This document shows, one piece after another, positions 55,212 to 64,000 of a stretch of 64,000 nucleotides of DNA. The stretch is from Rickettsiales bacterium (lineage in GTDB: Bacteria; Pseudomonadota; Alphaproteobacteria; Rickettsiales; UBA1997): assembly GCA_031289855.1 (NCBI GenBank), contig JAITOR010000075.1:7702-71701 (forward strand). The letters are read 5' to 3'. Position numbers and translations under genes: made by a program. How positions within the stretch are numbered: position 1 is the stretch's first letter; each line of letters begins with the position of its first letter. The notes under the pieces are model-generated. The model was not told where the DNA came from and did no database searches. It saw only the letters and a program-made list of their open reading frames with translations.

Positions 55212-56480
55212 TTACCTTACCCTTATTTTTCGTTGTTTATTTATACCATTATACTTGTTTGAAAACATGTATGATTGAATTTGTGTTAATAAGTCTGTAA
55301 TAGTATTTATAATAATCAATAATCCAGTTCCCCCTATACTTAAAGGAATATTATATTTCTTTGTTATGGTTTGAGGCACTAAACACACCACACATAAATA
55401 AATGGCACCAATAATAGTAATTCTATTTATAATTTTCTTCAAAAACTTTTGTGTCGCATCTCCTGGTCTAATACCAAGCACAAAACAATTATTTTTTTTT
55501 AAATTATCGACCACTTCTTTTGTATCAAAAACAATATCCGCATAGAAAAAAGAAAAGAAAACAATTAAAATAATAAACAAATTTATATATAATGGTGTGC
55601 CTTCCTGTAAATATTCTGCAATCATTGTGCTAGTTTCTCCTGTAAAAAGTTTAGCAATAACAAAAGGAAACATTAAAATTGAACTTGCAAAAATAGGTGG
55701 AATCACACCTGACATATTCAATTTAAGAGGAATGTATGAATTGTCATCATTCGTTTTGCTTTGTGCCATCATGCCTCTATTTGGGTATTGTATTTTAATT
55801 TTTCTAATCGCTTTTTCACAATACACGATAAGTAACATTAAAATTATAAAAATTGCAAAGATGATTATCAAAAATGGAAAAGAATATGCCCCTTTTTTTG
55901 ATAGTTCAAATATTTGTGCAAAACTTCCAGGTAATTCACTAACGATACCAAGCGCAATTAAAAGTGATATTCCGTTTCCAATTCCATTTTGTGTTATTTT
56001 ATCACCTAACCATATTAAACTCATGGTTCCAGCAGTTAAAGAAAAAATAGTTGTATATAAAAATATGTTAGAATTGGATATGAAGGCTGATTTTTCAAGA
56101 TTTGAAAATGCAAAATAAATTCCAGCTGATTGAAAAATGGCCAACACAAGAGTTAAATATTTTGTATATTGATTTAATTTCTTTTTACCATATTCTCCTT
56201 CTTTTTTTAACTCTTCAAGCCCTTTATATACGGATGTCATCAGTTGAATAATAATTGAAGCCGTAATGTAGGGCATAATATTCAAGGCAAAAATACTCAT
56301 TCTTGAAAATGCTCCACCAGAAAACATATTCAAGAGCCCAAAAATACTTCCCGTATCACTATTAAAGAATTCTTTTATAACTTCACCATCAATTCCGGGT
56401 AAAAATATAAAAGTCCCAATTCTATACAATATCAAAAGTGCTATTGTGTAGAATATTTTCTGTTTTAATTCTTCTGTCAT
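55212..56480 (-). CDS. secY: preprotein translocase subunit SecY
   Basis: A 10-TM protein of the right size with SecY blocks (NIMPYITASIIIQL, GGTGLLI). Confidence 0.95.
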   Translation of the reverse strand: MTEELKQKIFYTIALLILYRIGTFIFLPGIDGEVIKEFFNSDTGSIFGLLNMFSGGAFSRMSIFALNIMPYITASIIIQLMTSVYKGLEELKKEGEYGKKKLNQYTKYLTLVLAIFQSAGIYFAFSNLEKSAFISNSNIFLYTTIFSLTAGTMSLIWLGDKITQNGIGNGISLLIALGIVSELPGSFAQIFELSKKGAYSFPFLIIIFAIFIILMLLIVYCEKAIRKIKIQYPNRGMMAQSKTNDDNSYIPLKLNMSGVIPPIFASSILMFPFVIAKLFTGETSTMIAEYLQEGTPLYINLFIILIVFFSFFYADIVFDTKEVVDNLKKNNCFVLGIRPGDATQKFLKKIINRITIIGAIYLCVVCLVPQTITKKYNIPLSIGGTGLLIIINTITDLLTQIQSYMFSNKYNGINKQRKIRVR

Positions 56481-56636
56481 AAAAAAATAATACTAATTAC
56501 TTTCTATTAATATAATCTATTTTTAAAATGTCAATAAAATAAAATGTTATTATGTTGCATTTTAGAAAAAATTATTTAACACTTGTCTTTTTTATATTTT
56601 AAGACATATTTTTTAATTATGCAGTATAAAAAAAAA

Positions 56637-57995
56637 CTAAACTATTAACACATTGTGCAAAACTTCCAATGCTTTGTTTTTGTTTTCCTCTGCCACCACA
56701 ATTCCAATATTATTTTTTGTATTTCCAATACTTGACATTAAAACTTCGATTTTATTTTTACTCAATGCTTCAAAAGTTTTTGCCAATGCATCTCCTGATG
56801 TTATATTACCACCTATAATTGAAATTTTTGTCACATTATCGCTAATTTTGACATTAGAAATATCATTAAATTCTTTTAATGTAGATTTTGTTAATAAACT
56901 ACTTTTAATTGTAAATGAAACACTTGCTTCGCTTGTGGCAACCATATCAATTTGAATATTGTTTTTGTCGGCAATAATTCCCATTTTTGCAATAAATCCA
57001 ACATTACTAAACATATCTTCATTTTCCAAGTGAACTATTGAATATACACCATCTGCGATAAGTCCTTTTACTCCATCATCGTTATTTTCAGATTTAATCA
57101 ATGTGCCAGGATTAGATTTATCAAATACATTCCTGATAACTACTTCAATTCCATAGTATGTAGCAACTATTGTTTTTGGATGCAAAACTTTGGCACCGGC
57201 TCTTGCAATTTCACTTGCTATGCCACGACTTAAAACCTTCCAAGATACAGCATTTTTAATAATCCTTGGGTCAGCGGACATAATTCCATTGGCATCCGTC
57301 CATATTTCAACAATGCATGCATTTATGGATACACCGACTATTGAAGCGCTGAAATCGCTGGCACCTCTTCCCATTAATTGTATCTCTCTATTGGAATTTG
57401 CACCATAAAATCCACTCATTACAAAAACGATACCTTTTTCAAGTTTACTTGACAATTTTTTGAATTGTCTTTTTGTTTGTTTAAAATTAGCATCCGCTGA
57501 CAAATAGCCGCCTTCCGTTCGTATTAAATTTTTGGAATTAACTTGTTCTGCCTTAATTCCTTGTTCAATTAAACATAATTCCATTAAATATGATGAAATA
57601 AATTCCCCAGATGAAGCTACTTCGGCATGCAATTTTTCATTGTATTCGCCAATAAGTATAATTCCATTAAAAATATTATACAAATAATCAAATCTATTAT
57701 CTATAATTTTTTTATATTTTTCCTGTTGAGATATATTTGTGGTTAAAGACTCAATAATGTCGTAATGTCTTTGTTTTATAGCCTTAAAAACTTCATTAAA
57801 TTCCTTTTTCTTTTTGTTTTTTGCTAATTGTAACATATTTAACAATATGTCAGTCATTTTTGATATTGCAGACACAACAACAAAAGGTGTTTTTCCTTCT
57901 TTTACACGTTCTATAATAACGGCTGCAGAATCTTTTATGCTATCGGCAGTTCCCATTGAAGTTCCACCAAATTTTAAAACAGCAATTTTTTTCAT
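56637..57995 (-). CDS. lysC: aspartate kinase
   Basis: ORF 56637..58049, trimmed to MKKIAVLKFGGTSMG (57995). It has an amino-acid kinase fold and C-terminal ACT-like repeats. Confidence 0.85.
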   Translation of the reverse strand: MKKIAVLKFGGTSMGTADSIKDSAAVIIERVKEGKTPFVVVSAISKMTDILLNMLQLAKNKKKKEFNEVFKAIKQRHYDIIESLTTNISQQEKYKKIIDNRFDYLYNIFNGIILIGEYNEKLHAEVASSGEFISSYLMELCLIEQGIKAEQVNSKNLIRTEGGYLSADANFKQTKRQFKKLSSKLEKGIVFVMSGFYGANSNREIQLMGRGASDFSASIVGVSINACIVEIWTDANGIMSADPRIIKNAVSWKVLSRGIASEIARAGAKVLHPKTIVATYYGIEVVIRNVFDKSNPGTLIKSENNDDGVKGLIADGVYSIVHLENEDMFSNVGFIAKMGIIADKNNIQIDMVATSEASVSFTIKSSLLTKSTLKEFNDISNVKISDNVTKISIIGGNITSGDALAKTFEALSKNKIEVLMSSIGNTKNNIGIVVAEENKNKALEVLHNVLIV

Positions 57996-58067
57996 TTTAA
58001 CTCCTATAAAACCTATATATAAAATATAATTAATAGTTTTTATTGTCAATTTTATTAAAAATTAAAT

Positions 58068-58096
58068 TTGCAAAAAGATATTGTATATATTATAAT
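58068..58096 (+). promoter_or_regulatory. sigma70-type promoter (TTGCAA-N17-TATAAT) of the 387-aa hypothetical gene
   Basis: Read from the sequence. A 44-nt leader with GAGG follows before the ATG. Confidence 0.5.
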
Positions 58097-58140
58097 GAAA
58101 TAATCCCCCCTATTATTAATAAAACAAGATGAGGTAAAAG

Positions 58141-59304
58141 ATGAGTGAAATTGTATTGCAAGAAAGAAGTTTGATAGAAAGAAAAATTGAATTTTTAAAT
58201 TCAAATTTTGATGAATGTGGAAAAGTTCTTGATTTTTTAGATGAAATGGAATATTTTTATCCCGTTTCTGGTGAACACTTAACATTTGAGATAAAAAATA
58301 AAGATCTTATAATAATGTCATCGGATATTTTTGAATATACATTCGAGAGTGAAAATAGAAATAATAAAGAGTGTATAATGCTTCTTTATTTGCTTGGAAT
58401 TATAAATTTAACTGCTGATGAATTAGAAAATTTTGGTTTAGATAGAAATTTGGAGCCATTTGATATATTGAAGGCAGAAAGAGAGGAACGAGAAGCAATA
58501 GAGCGACGAAATGCACCAATTGTACATAGAACTTTGACATCAGAAGAATCAAGGGAAAGAAGGGCAAGTTTTGATGCAAAGATTGCTGCTTTTATAGGAA
58601 GAGTAAGAAAACCCAAAAAGAGAACAAAGTATAGTTGGAAAATTATTGTTGCGCTTGAAACGGCAGAATATTTCACAAAAAATATAGATTTGATTATTAA
58701 GGAGGGACTTACAAAGGGAGAAATAATTTTAAAAAATACTGATAATTACACTTCATCTCAAAAAATCGATGAAACAATGGCAAGATATTTATGTGAATTT
58801 GGCATCATTTCACCTTTTAATTTAAAAGATATATGTAAGTTAGAAGTAAAACCAATATCGTTAATACCAAATGCAACACCAGATCCAAAGCCAATTAAAC
58901 AAATAGCGGTTTCGGATGTAACAACAATAAACGAAATTTTAGAAAAATATCTCACGAAATATGATGAGGAGCGCGGATTTGAAATTTTGAAAGAAATGCT
59001 TGGTAAAGATATAATTTTGTATGTAGAAAAAAATATATTGTTAAAACTAACATTGACTGATAACGATGAAAAATTTATGCTAACAATGTATGAAAGTGAT
59101 TTTATAGAAGAAAAAAAAATCAGAGATGTATTTATTGAATGCAGAATGGGTGAAGAACTTATCGAATTGGACGTAGTTAAAGGAATATTAAAACCAAGAT
59201 TACAAGATACATATGTGGAAAGGCAAGCGCAAAGACAAGCACGAGAACAGGCACAAAGAACGCAACAAGCAAGAAGTAGGGGAATAATAGGTTTTTTACA
59301 TTGA
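58141..59304 (+). CDS. hypothetical protein (387 aa), no recognisable family
   Basis: It has a consensus promoter (58068..58096) and a GAGG ribosome-binding site. There is no signal peptide. The central segment is basic, and the C-terminus is Q/R-rich (RQAQRQAREQAQRTQQARSRGIIGFLH). Confidence 0.6.
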   Translation: MSEIVLQERSLIERKIEFLNSNFDECGKVLDFLDEMEYFYPVSGEHLTFEIKNKDLIIMSSDIFEYTFESENRNNKECIMLLYLLGIINLTADELENFGLDRNLEPFDILKAEREEREAIERRNAPIVHRTLTSEESRERRASFDAKIAAFIGRVRKPKKRTKYSWKIIVALETAEYFTKNIDLIIKEGLTKGEIILKNTDNYTSSQKIDETMARYLCEFGIISPFNLKDICKLEVKPISLIPNATPDPKPIKQIAVSDVTTINEILEKYLTKYDEERGFEILKEMLGKDIILYVEKNILLKLTLTDNDEKFMLTMYESDFIEEKKIRDVFIECRMGEELIELDVVKGILKPRLQDTYVERQAQRQAREQAQRTQQARSRGIIGFLH

Positions 59305-59351
59305 TTGCCTTAATTTACAAAAAAATAGGCAATATTATTTTGTTGCCTATT

Positions 59352-60527
59352 TTATTTTTTAAAATATTTCTTTATTGTTTCAGCCAATGCTTCCACTATC
59401 TTATCTCTGTAACTTGCACTCCTTATCATCCTTTCTTCATTATTATTTGAAATAAATCCAATTTCCAACAAAATTGATGCCGTATTCGCCCCAGTTAAAA
59501 CAGCAAAATTTGCAAATTTTCTCATATTGCTACTTAAACTTCTTACATTTCGTTTTTTAAGTTCCTGTTCCAAATATCCAGCAAATTTTTTTGAATCATT
59601 CATTGCCTTTACTCTTGATAAATCAACAAGTGTATTTATTGTGTCCTGATATTCACCATATAAATCTGCACCACTTATAATATCAGATTTATTTTCTTTT
59701 TGGGCTAATTGTGCCGTTCTTGTGTCACTTGCTGTTTGTGATAAAGTATAAATCGAAAGCCCTTTTGCATTCCTGTTTGTCGTAGCATCGGCATGTATAG
59801 AAATGAACAAATCTCCTTTTCTTTTTCTTGCAAATGCAATTCTATCCATCAATTCGATGTAAGTATCGTTATTTCTTGTTAAATACACGCTATAAAGTCC
59901 AGTTTTATCCAAAATTTCCTTCAAGGATTTTGCATAGATTAGGGTAAGAATTTTTTCTTTTGTCCCCCTTTGGCCTTGAGCCCCTGGGTCTTTCCCACCA
60001 TGTCCCGCATCTATTATGATTACGGGTTTTGTTTTGGGAATTGAGGTAAGTTTGCTTTCCTTTTTCGTTTTTGTTTTTTTTGGCTCTTCTATCCTTTTTG
60101 TATTCAAATCGTCTATTAAGGTTTCTATTTTATCTTTTTTTTCCTCCTTTTCAAATTCTAAATCTATAACTATCCTATGATATTTATTATTTTTATCTGG
60201 TTTTAAATAAAAATCTTTAATACTTTTCGGTTTTATGTTTAGGTCAAACACAATCCTTGAATCCGTATTTGAAAATTTTCCAATCCTCAAAGAATCAACG
60301 ACTTCATTTGATGCAAATGATGGAGCTTTGACATTATAGTTTTCTGTACTTTGCAAATCAATTACCAATCTATCAGGATTTTTCAATAAAAATGGATTGT
60401 AATTTATTTTCGTGCTATTGTCTATCACAATCCTTTCGGTGTATTTTCCTGTATTTAATCTAATATTTGATACAATATTTGCATACAATGTATTTACACA
60501 CAATAAAAGTAAAATTATTTTTCGCAT
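59352..60527 (-). CDS. amiC: N-acetylmuramoyl-L-alanine amidase (AMIN + Amidase_3, AmiC-like)
   Basis: A signal peptide and an AMIN-like N-domain precede the catalytic motifs IIIDAGHGGKDPGA and ISIHADA. The ATG overlaps the upstream stop as TAATG. Confidence 0.85.
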   Translation of the reverse strand: MRKIILLLLCVNTLYANIVSNIRLNTGKYTERIVIDNSTKINYNPFLLKNPDRLVIDLQSTENYNVKAPSFASNEVVDSLRIGKFSNTDSRIVFDLNIKPKSIKDFYLKPDKNNKYHRIVIDLEFEKEEKKDKIETLIDDLNTKRIEEPKKTKTKKESKLTSIPKTKPVIIIDAGHGGKDPGAQGQRGTKEKILTLIYAKSLKEILDKTGLYSVYLTRNNDTYIELMDRIAFARKRKGDLFISIHADATTNRNAKGLSIYTLSQTASDTRTAQLAQKENKSDIISGADLYGEYQDTINTLVDLSRVKAMNDSKKFAGYLEQELKKRNVRSLSSNMRKFANFAVLTGANTASILLEIGFISNNNEERMIRSASYRDKIVEALAETIKKYFKK

Positions 60528-61381
60528 TATTTTTTTGCTGATTTAAATTTATTGACAGCGGCCTTTCCCAACTGATCACTCTCTGCTTTTTGTTTTTCTT
60601 CTTTTTCCGCTATTTGTTCTCTTTCCAAGGATTGTAGTTTTACAAAAATATAGGCCAAATAAATATACATTATATCCCAAATACATAGTTTGATGAAAAA
60701 AGTAGCCTGTATTCCAAATTTAAAGTTAAATTTTATAATCGCAAGCCCCACCAATTCTTCCACACCAAAAACGACTAATGTTGTTATAATTAATGAAAAC
60801 ATAAGTTTTAACAAATTTCCCTTTGTAAGATTTCTGCTTCTATCGAGTGCTTTAATGCCCACTGGAATATATATATCGCCAGTTTTACTTGTGGCAATTT
60901 TATTATTCAAGTCTCCCACAGCACTCAAAAATATACCAAAAATATACCAAAAGGCGAACAAAATTCCGGGTATTATCCCCAACACAAATAATAATAAAAT
61001 TAATATATAATAGGTAATTAAGGTTCCAAAAACACTAAAAAATCTAGTGCAACTTAATGTTAAAAGTTCCATAATGTCATTTTTGGTCCCTTTTCTCATA
61101 ATCGTAATTGTATTGCCATATAAAATGACTTTAAAAGTTGTCAAAATCGTCAATAGTAACCCGTAATATGAGATGTAAAATAAAATACTAAAGCCAAAAT
61201 AATTATACAAAAATGTTCTATATTTAATTTGTAAAAATGGCCTATAGTAAAAAAACATTGCCACACCATTCGCAAAAAGAATATAAAAAATATGCTTTAA
61301 ATAATATCTTAACGACTTAACAACATTACTTAAATATAATGATTTCATTTTAAGTTCGTAAGATGGAGATCCCTTTGCCAT
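60527..61381 (-). CDS. hypothetical polytopic membrane protein (284 aa) with a K/E-rich C-terminal tail
   Basis: There are five or six hydrophobic segments. Cassette copy E and its leader precede the gene. Confidence 0.55.
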   Translation of the reverse strand: MAKGSPSYELKMKSLYLSNVVKSLRYYLKHIFYILFANGVAMFFYYRPFLQIKYRTFLYNYFGFSILFYISYYGLLLTILTTFKVILYGNTITIMRKGTKNDIMELLTLSCTRFFSVFGTLITYYILILLLFVLGIIPGILFAFWYIFGIFLSAVGDLNNKIATSKTGDIYIPVGIKALDRSRNLTKGNLLKLMFSLIITTLVVFGVEELVGLAIIKFNFKFGIQATFFIKLCIWDIMYIYLAYIFVKLQSLEREQIAEKEEKQKAESDQLGKAAVNKFKSAKK

Positions 61382-61443
61382 AATATTATTATAAACATTG
61401 TTTAATTAATATAATAATAGATAAAATATTAAAATCAATATTT

Positions 61444-61458
61444 TTATGTTTTTTTCAA
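61444..61458 (-). other. mini-uORF TTG AAA AAA ACA TAA (MKKT) in the leader of the 284-aa membrane protein gene
   Basis: AGGAGG lies 5 nt upstream of the TTG. Confidence 0.3.
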
Positions 61459-61490
61459 ATCGTCCTCCTAATTTTATTAATGTTATTTGT

Positions 61491-61522
61491 ATTATATATC
61501 ATAAAAGCAAATCATGGAAGTA
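61491..61522 (-). promoter_or_regulatory. cassette copy E, upstream of the 284-aa membrane protein
   Basis: The minus strand reads tacTTCCATgatttgcttttatgataTATAAT. The leader to ATG 61381 is about 105 nt and is homologous to the copy C leader. Confidence 0.5.
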
Positions 61523-61645
61523 TTTTTTGAAAATAAATTTTTAATTGTTTTAAAATTACGAAATGGTCAAATCGTGAAGCGTTTATTAATGAGTTAAGGT
61601 ATCAATATTGTTGTGGGAAAACTCTCTATTTCTTTCATCGTTATT

Positions 61646-62932
61646 TTAGAGTTCCCTTTCTCCTGTCGCTTTTACTTGCTGATTTTGTTTTCTTTTTTCA
61701 ATTCTTTTTTCTTCCGCTTCTTTACTTGCTTTTTCCTCGGCCTCCTTTTTTCTATCTATTGTTTTTTGTTCGGTCATTGATGTTCTATAATCAGTTTGCC
61801 TTGTATATCTTTGCAATCGTGAATCGGCAAATATTTGTCTATCATCTGCCATTGCAAACCTAGTTACTTTTCCCATTGCTTGAAAAACAGAAAACAATAC
61901 TCTTCCATCAAGTTTTTTCTTGCCCACAAGGTCAAAAAATTCCCCCGCTCCCTTTGCGGCTTTTTTTGCTTTTTCAATTTTATCCTTGTCTTCTTTCTCA
62001 TCAAAAATTCCTGTACTAACAAATGCTTTTGTAAAGGCCTCTTCGAAATCTTTTCCTGATAATCCCTTACTCATTCCCTTTTGCATTATTTTATCAAAAT
62101 CAAGCAATTCTGCTTTTATTTTTGGATTTATATTAAGAGCAACTTGAATTTTACTTCTTGCATTTTTTATGAAATTAAAAACTTCTTTTACATCTGCTAT
62201 TTTTGGATCAGAGAAAACTTCTCTTGCATTTTGGAAGTTAGTGTTTGCCTCTCTTATCGCTTTCTTCACATCTGGTAATGCCGCTTCAACTTTTTCTAAT
62301 GCACTCTTTTGATGTTTTCCTCCCCTCATCTCTGTATCATTTAATAATTTTCCAGTTTGTTTTCTAATTTCTTTTGCCACGCCACCCACTAAATCATCAA
62401 CTTGATCTGTAAAACTATTAGCCAATGCATTCGGTACTGATACATAAAGACTTATTACCATGCCAACAAGATTGATTGGAGGCGGTAAAAATAAATATAC
62501 AGAGGCACCTGTTACACCGCCACCCACACCTCCCACAACAGTTCCCATACAATCAATGGCATCACCATCATCATAGCCTTCTTCATTGGGCTTTTTAAAA
62601 AAAAATGTTGAACTATTTGATAGGCCACCCAATGGTAATCTTTGCACTAAATTTCCTAAGAAATTATGTTTTTTTCCAGTATCCGAAAAAACAGAAATAT
62701 TGTCCTCATAATTTGGTGCAGTGAGTGTGCCATAATTGTGGATTGTCATATCATATGCATCAAATGAAATGGCATTAGAATCGAACATTTCTGATTCCGG
62801 TGGGATTTTTGTTGTATTAATTAATTTTGCCATAAATTCTGATGGAGATTCTGATTCTATTTTTGCATCAACAAATATATCGTTCACGCTATCTAACATT
62901 TCTATTTTTGTTCTTGTCGTATCATCCGCCAT
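61646..62932 (-). CDS. hypothetical protein (428 aa) with a bilobed hydrophobic hairpin
   Basis: It has a consensus promoter (62963..62991) and GGAGG 4 nt before the ATG. There is no signal peptide. The Gly-rich bilobed hydrophobic segment is GTVVGGVGGGVTGASVYLFLPPPINLVGMVISLYVSV. The C-terminal region is helical and K/E-rich. Confidence 0.6.
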   Translation of the reverse strand: MADDTTRTKIEMLDSVNDIFVDAKIESESPSEFMAKLINTTKIPPESEMFDSNAISFDAYDMTIHNYGTLTAPNYEDNISVFSDTGKKHNFLGNLVQRLPLGGLSNSSTFFFKKPNEEGYDDGDAIDCMGTVVGGVGGGVTGASVYLFLPPPINLVGMVISLYVSVPNALANSFTDQVDDLVGGVAKEIRKQTGKLLNDTEMRGGKHQKSALEKVEAALPDVKKAIREANTNFQNAREVFSDPKIADVKEVFNFIKNARSKIQVALNINPKIKAELLDFDKIMQKGMSKGLSGKDFEEAFTKAFVSTGIFDEKEDKDKIEKAKKAAKGAGEFFDLVGKKKLDGRVLFSVFQAMGKVTRFAMADDRQIFADSRLQRYTRQTDYRTSMTEQKTIDRKKEAEEKASKEAEEKRIEKRKQNQQVKATGEREL

Positions 62933-62962
62933 TTAACCTCCATTACATTACTTTATAATATA

Positions 62963-62991
62963 ATAATAACATAAAAAATGATATTTGTCAA
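62963..62991 (-). promoter_or_regulatory. sigma70-type promoter (TTGACA-N17-TATTAT) of the 428-aa hypothetical gene
   Basis: This is the minus-strand reading. GGAGG follows 4 nt before the ATG. Confidence 0.5.
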
Positions 62992-63091
62992 CAATTATAA
63001 AAAGAGATAGAAAAAAGAAGAAGTTAGTTATAGCGATATAATGAAAATAAATTAAAATTGATTTTTTATTTTTACAGATTATAGTCGCAAA

Positions 63092-64000
63092 ATGCTTAAG
63101 GTTCAAAACTTATCAGTATCATTTGCAGGGAAAGAAGTTTTTAACGACATAAACTTCATTATAAATCCTAATGAAAAAATCGGTTTAATTGGTAGAAATG
63201 GTTGTGGAAAAACTACACTTTTTAAAATTTTAGCCGATCAAATAAAAGATTTTGATGGTAAAATTACAAAATCAGATTCATACAGGATAGGTTATTTGCA
63301 ACAACATTTAAAATTTACAGAGCAAACCGTGATAGACGAAGCCTGCACCGCTTTGCCAGATTACAAAGAAGGATTTGTGTGGGATGCGGAAAGAATATTG
63401 TCTCAATTGGAATTTAGTGAGGAGGATAAATTAAGGAATCCACAAGAGTTTAGTGGTGGATGGCAAATAAGATTAAATCTTGCAAAACTTTTGATAAGTG
63501 AACCAGATTTATTGTTACTTGATGAACCTACTAACTATCTTGATATTATATCAATTCGCTGGTTAAAGCAATTTTTAAAAAATTACAATGGAGCGATATT
63601 GATAATTACCCATGATAGGGACTTTATGGATGACATCATAAGTCACACCATGATAATACATCGAGGAACTACGATTAAGATTGATGGAAACACGAAAGAT
63701 ATGTATAGAAAGATAGAAGAAGATGAGCAAAATTATGAAAAAACAAGGTTAAATGTAAAGAAAAAACGAGAACAGGTGCAAAAATGGATTGACAGATTTG
63801 GTGCAAAGGCTACTCTGGCCAGCCAAGCGAAATCAAAGGAAAAGATGTTAAATAAAATGGATGATAGGGATGAATTGCAGGATATAAAAAGTTTAGATTT
63901 TAATTTTAAATGCAGAGAATTCACTGGAAATTCCAATATGATGGATGTCAAAAATTTGGCATTTAGATATTCTGTTGATTATGCTCCCTTATTTCAAAAA
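63092..64000 (+). CDS. ABC-F family ATPase, N-terminal 303 codons; continues past the window end
   Basis: Not in the ORF track because no stop lies in the window. It starts MLKVQNLSVSFAGKEVF and has Walker A GRNGCGKTT, the signature FSGGWQIRLNLAKLL and Walker B LLLDEPTNYLD. A linker rich in K/E/Q follows. Confidence 0.8.
   Translation, partial: MLKVQNLSVSFAGKEVFNDINFIINPNEKIGLIGRNGCGKTTLFKILADQIKDFDGKITKSDSYRIGYLQQHLKFTEQTVIDEACTALPDYKEGFVWDAERILSQLEFSEEDKLRNPQEFSGGWQIRLNLAKLLISEPDLLLLDEPTNYLDIISIRWLKQFLKNYNGAILIITHDRDFMDDIISHTMIIHRGTTIKIDGNTKDMYRKIEEDEQNYEKTRLNVKKKREQVQKWIDRFGAKATLASQAKSKEKMLNKMDDRDELQDIKSLDFNFKCREFTGNSNMMDVKNLAFRYSVDYAPLFQK

Overview
The window is AT-rich, gene-dense chromosomal DNA using the standard genetic code. 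It looks like a reduced-genome alphaproteobacterium, possibly a Rickettsiales- or Holosporales-like symbiont. Two things support this: a permuted two-piece tmRNA at about 9770-10030 (-), and the alpha-type order secY-adk-rpsM-rpsK-rpoA-rplQ with no rpsD, infA or rpmJ. Most genes are core functions. These include tRNA-Gly-tuf-tRNA-Trp-secE-nusG-rplK-rplA, prfA, trxB, murB, rsmG, rsmI, ndk, rpoZ, pyrH, gmk, lysC and sdaA. Envelope genes are ftsI, bamB, lspA, lolD, amiC, slt, kpsF and a SPOR lipoprotein. I found four tRNAs and no rRNA, CRISPR array or IS element. The outstanding feature is an orphan 2,247-aa lipoprotein (19600-26343) whose polytopic core resembles VirB6/TrbL. It carries a Cys-rich exodomain of about 1,375 aa and a K/E-rich tail of about 575 aa, and no other T4SS gene lies in the window. 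Other notable items:
- A six-copy promoter/leader cassette (TACTTCC-N17-TATAAT) sits in front of accessory and envelope genes. Two copies share a conserved MKKT mini-ORF.
- Two leaderless Met/Cys-rich mini-ORFs are each followed by a hairpin. One forms an attenuator-like leader in front of luxS.
- A (GA)13 microsatellite precedes one of two DUF4422 paralogs.
- A 6 x 13-bp tandem array lies in a 750-bp gene-free region.
- There is a lone HK97/GTA-type capsid gene.
- A PFOR fragment at the window start points to anaerobic pyruvate metabolism.
- Several unrecognisable proteins have strong expression signals and are possible effectors.
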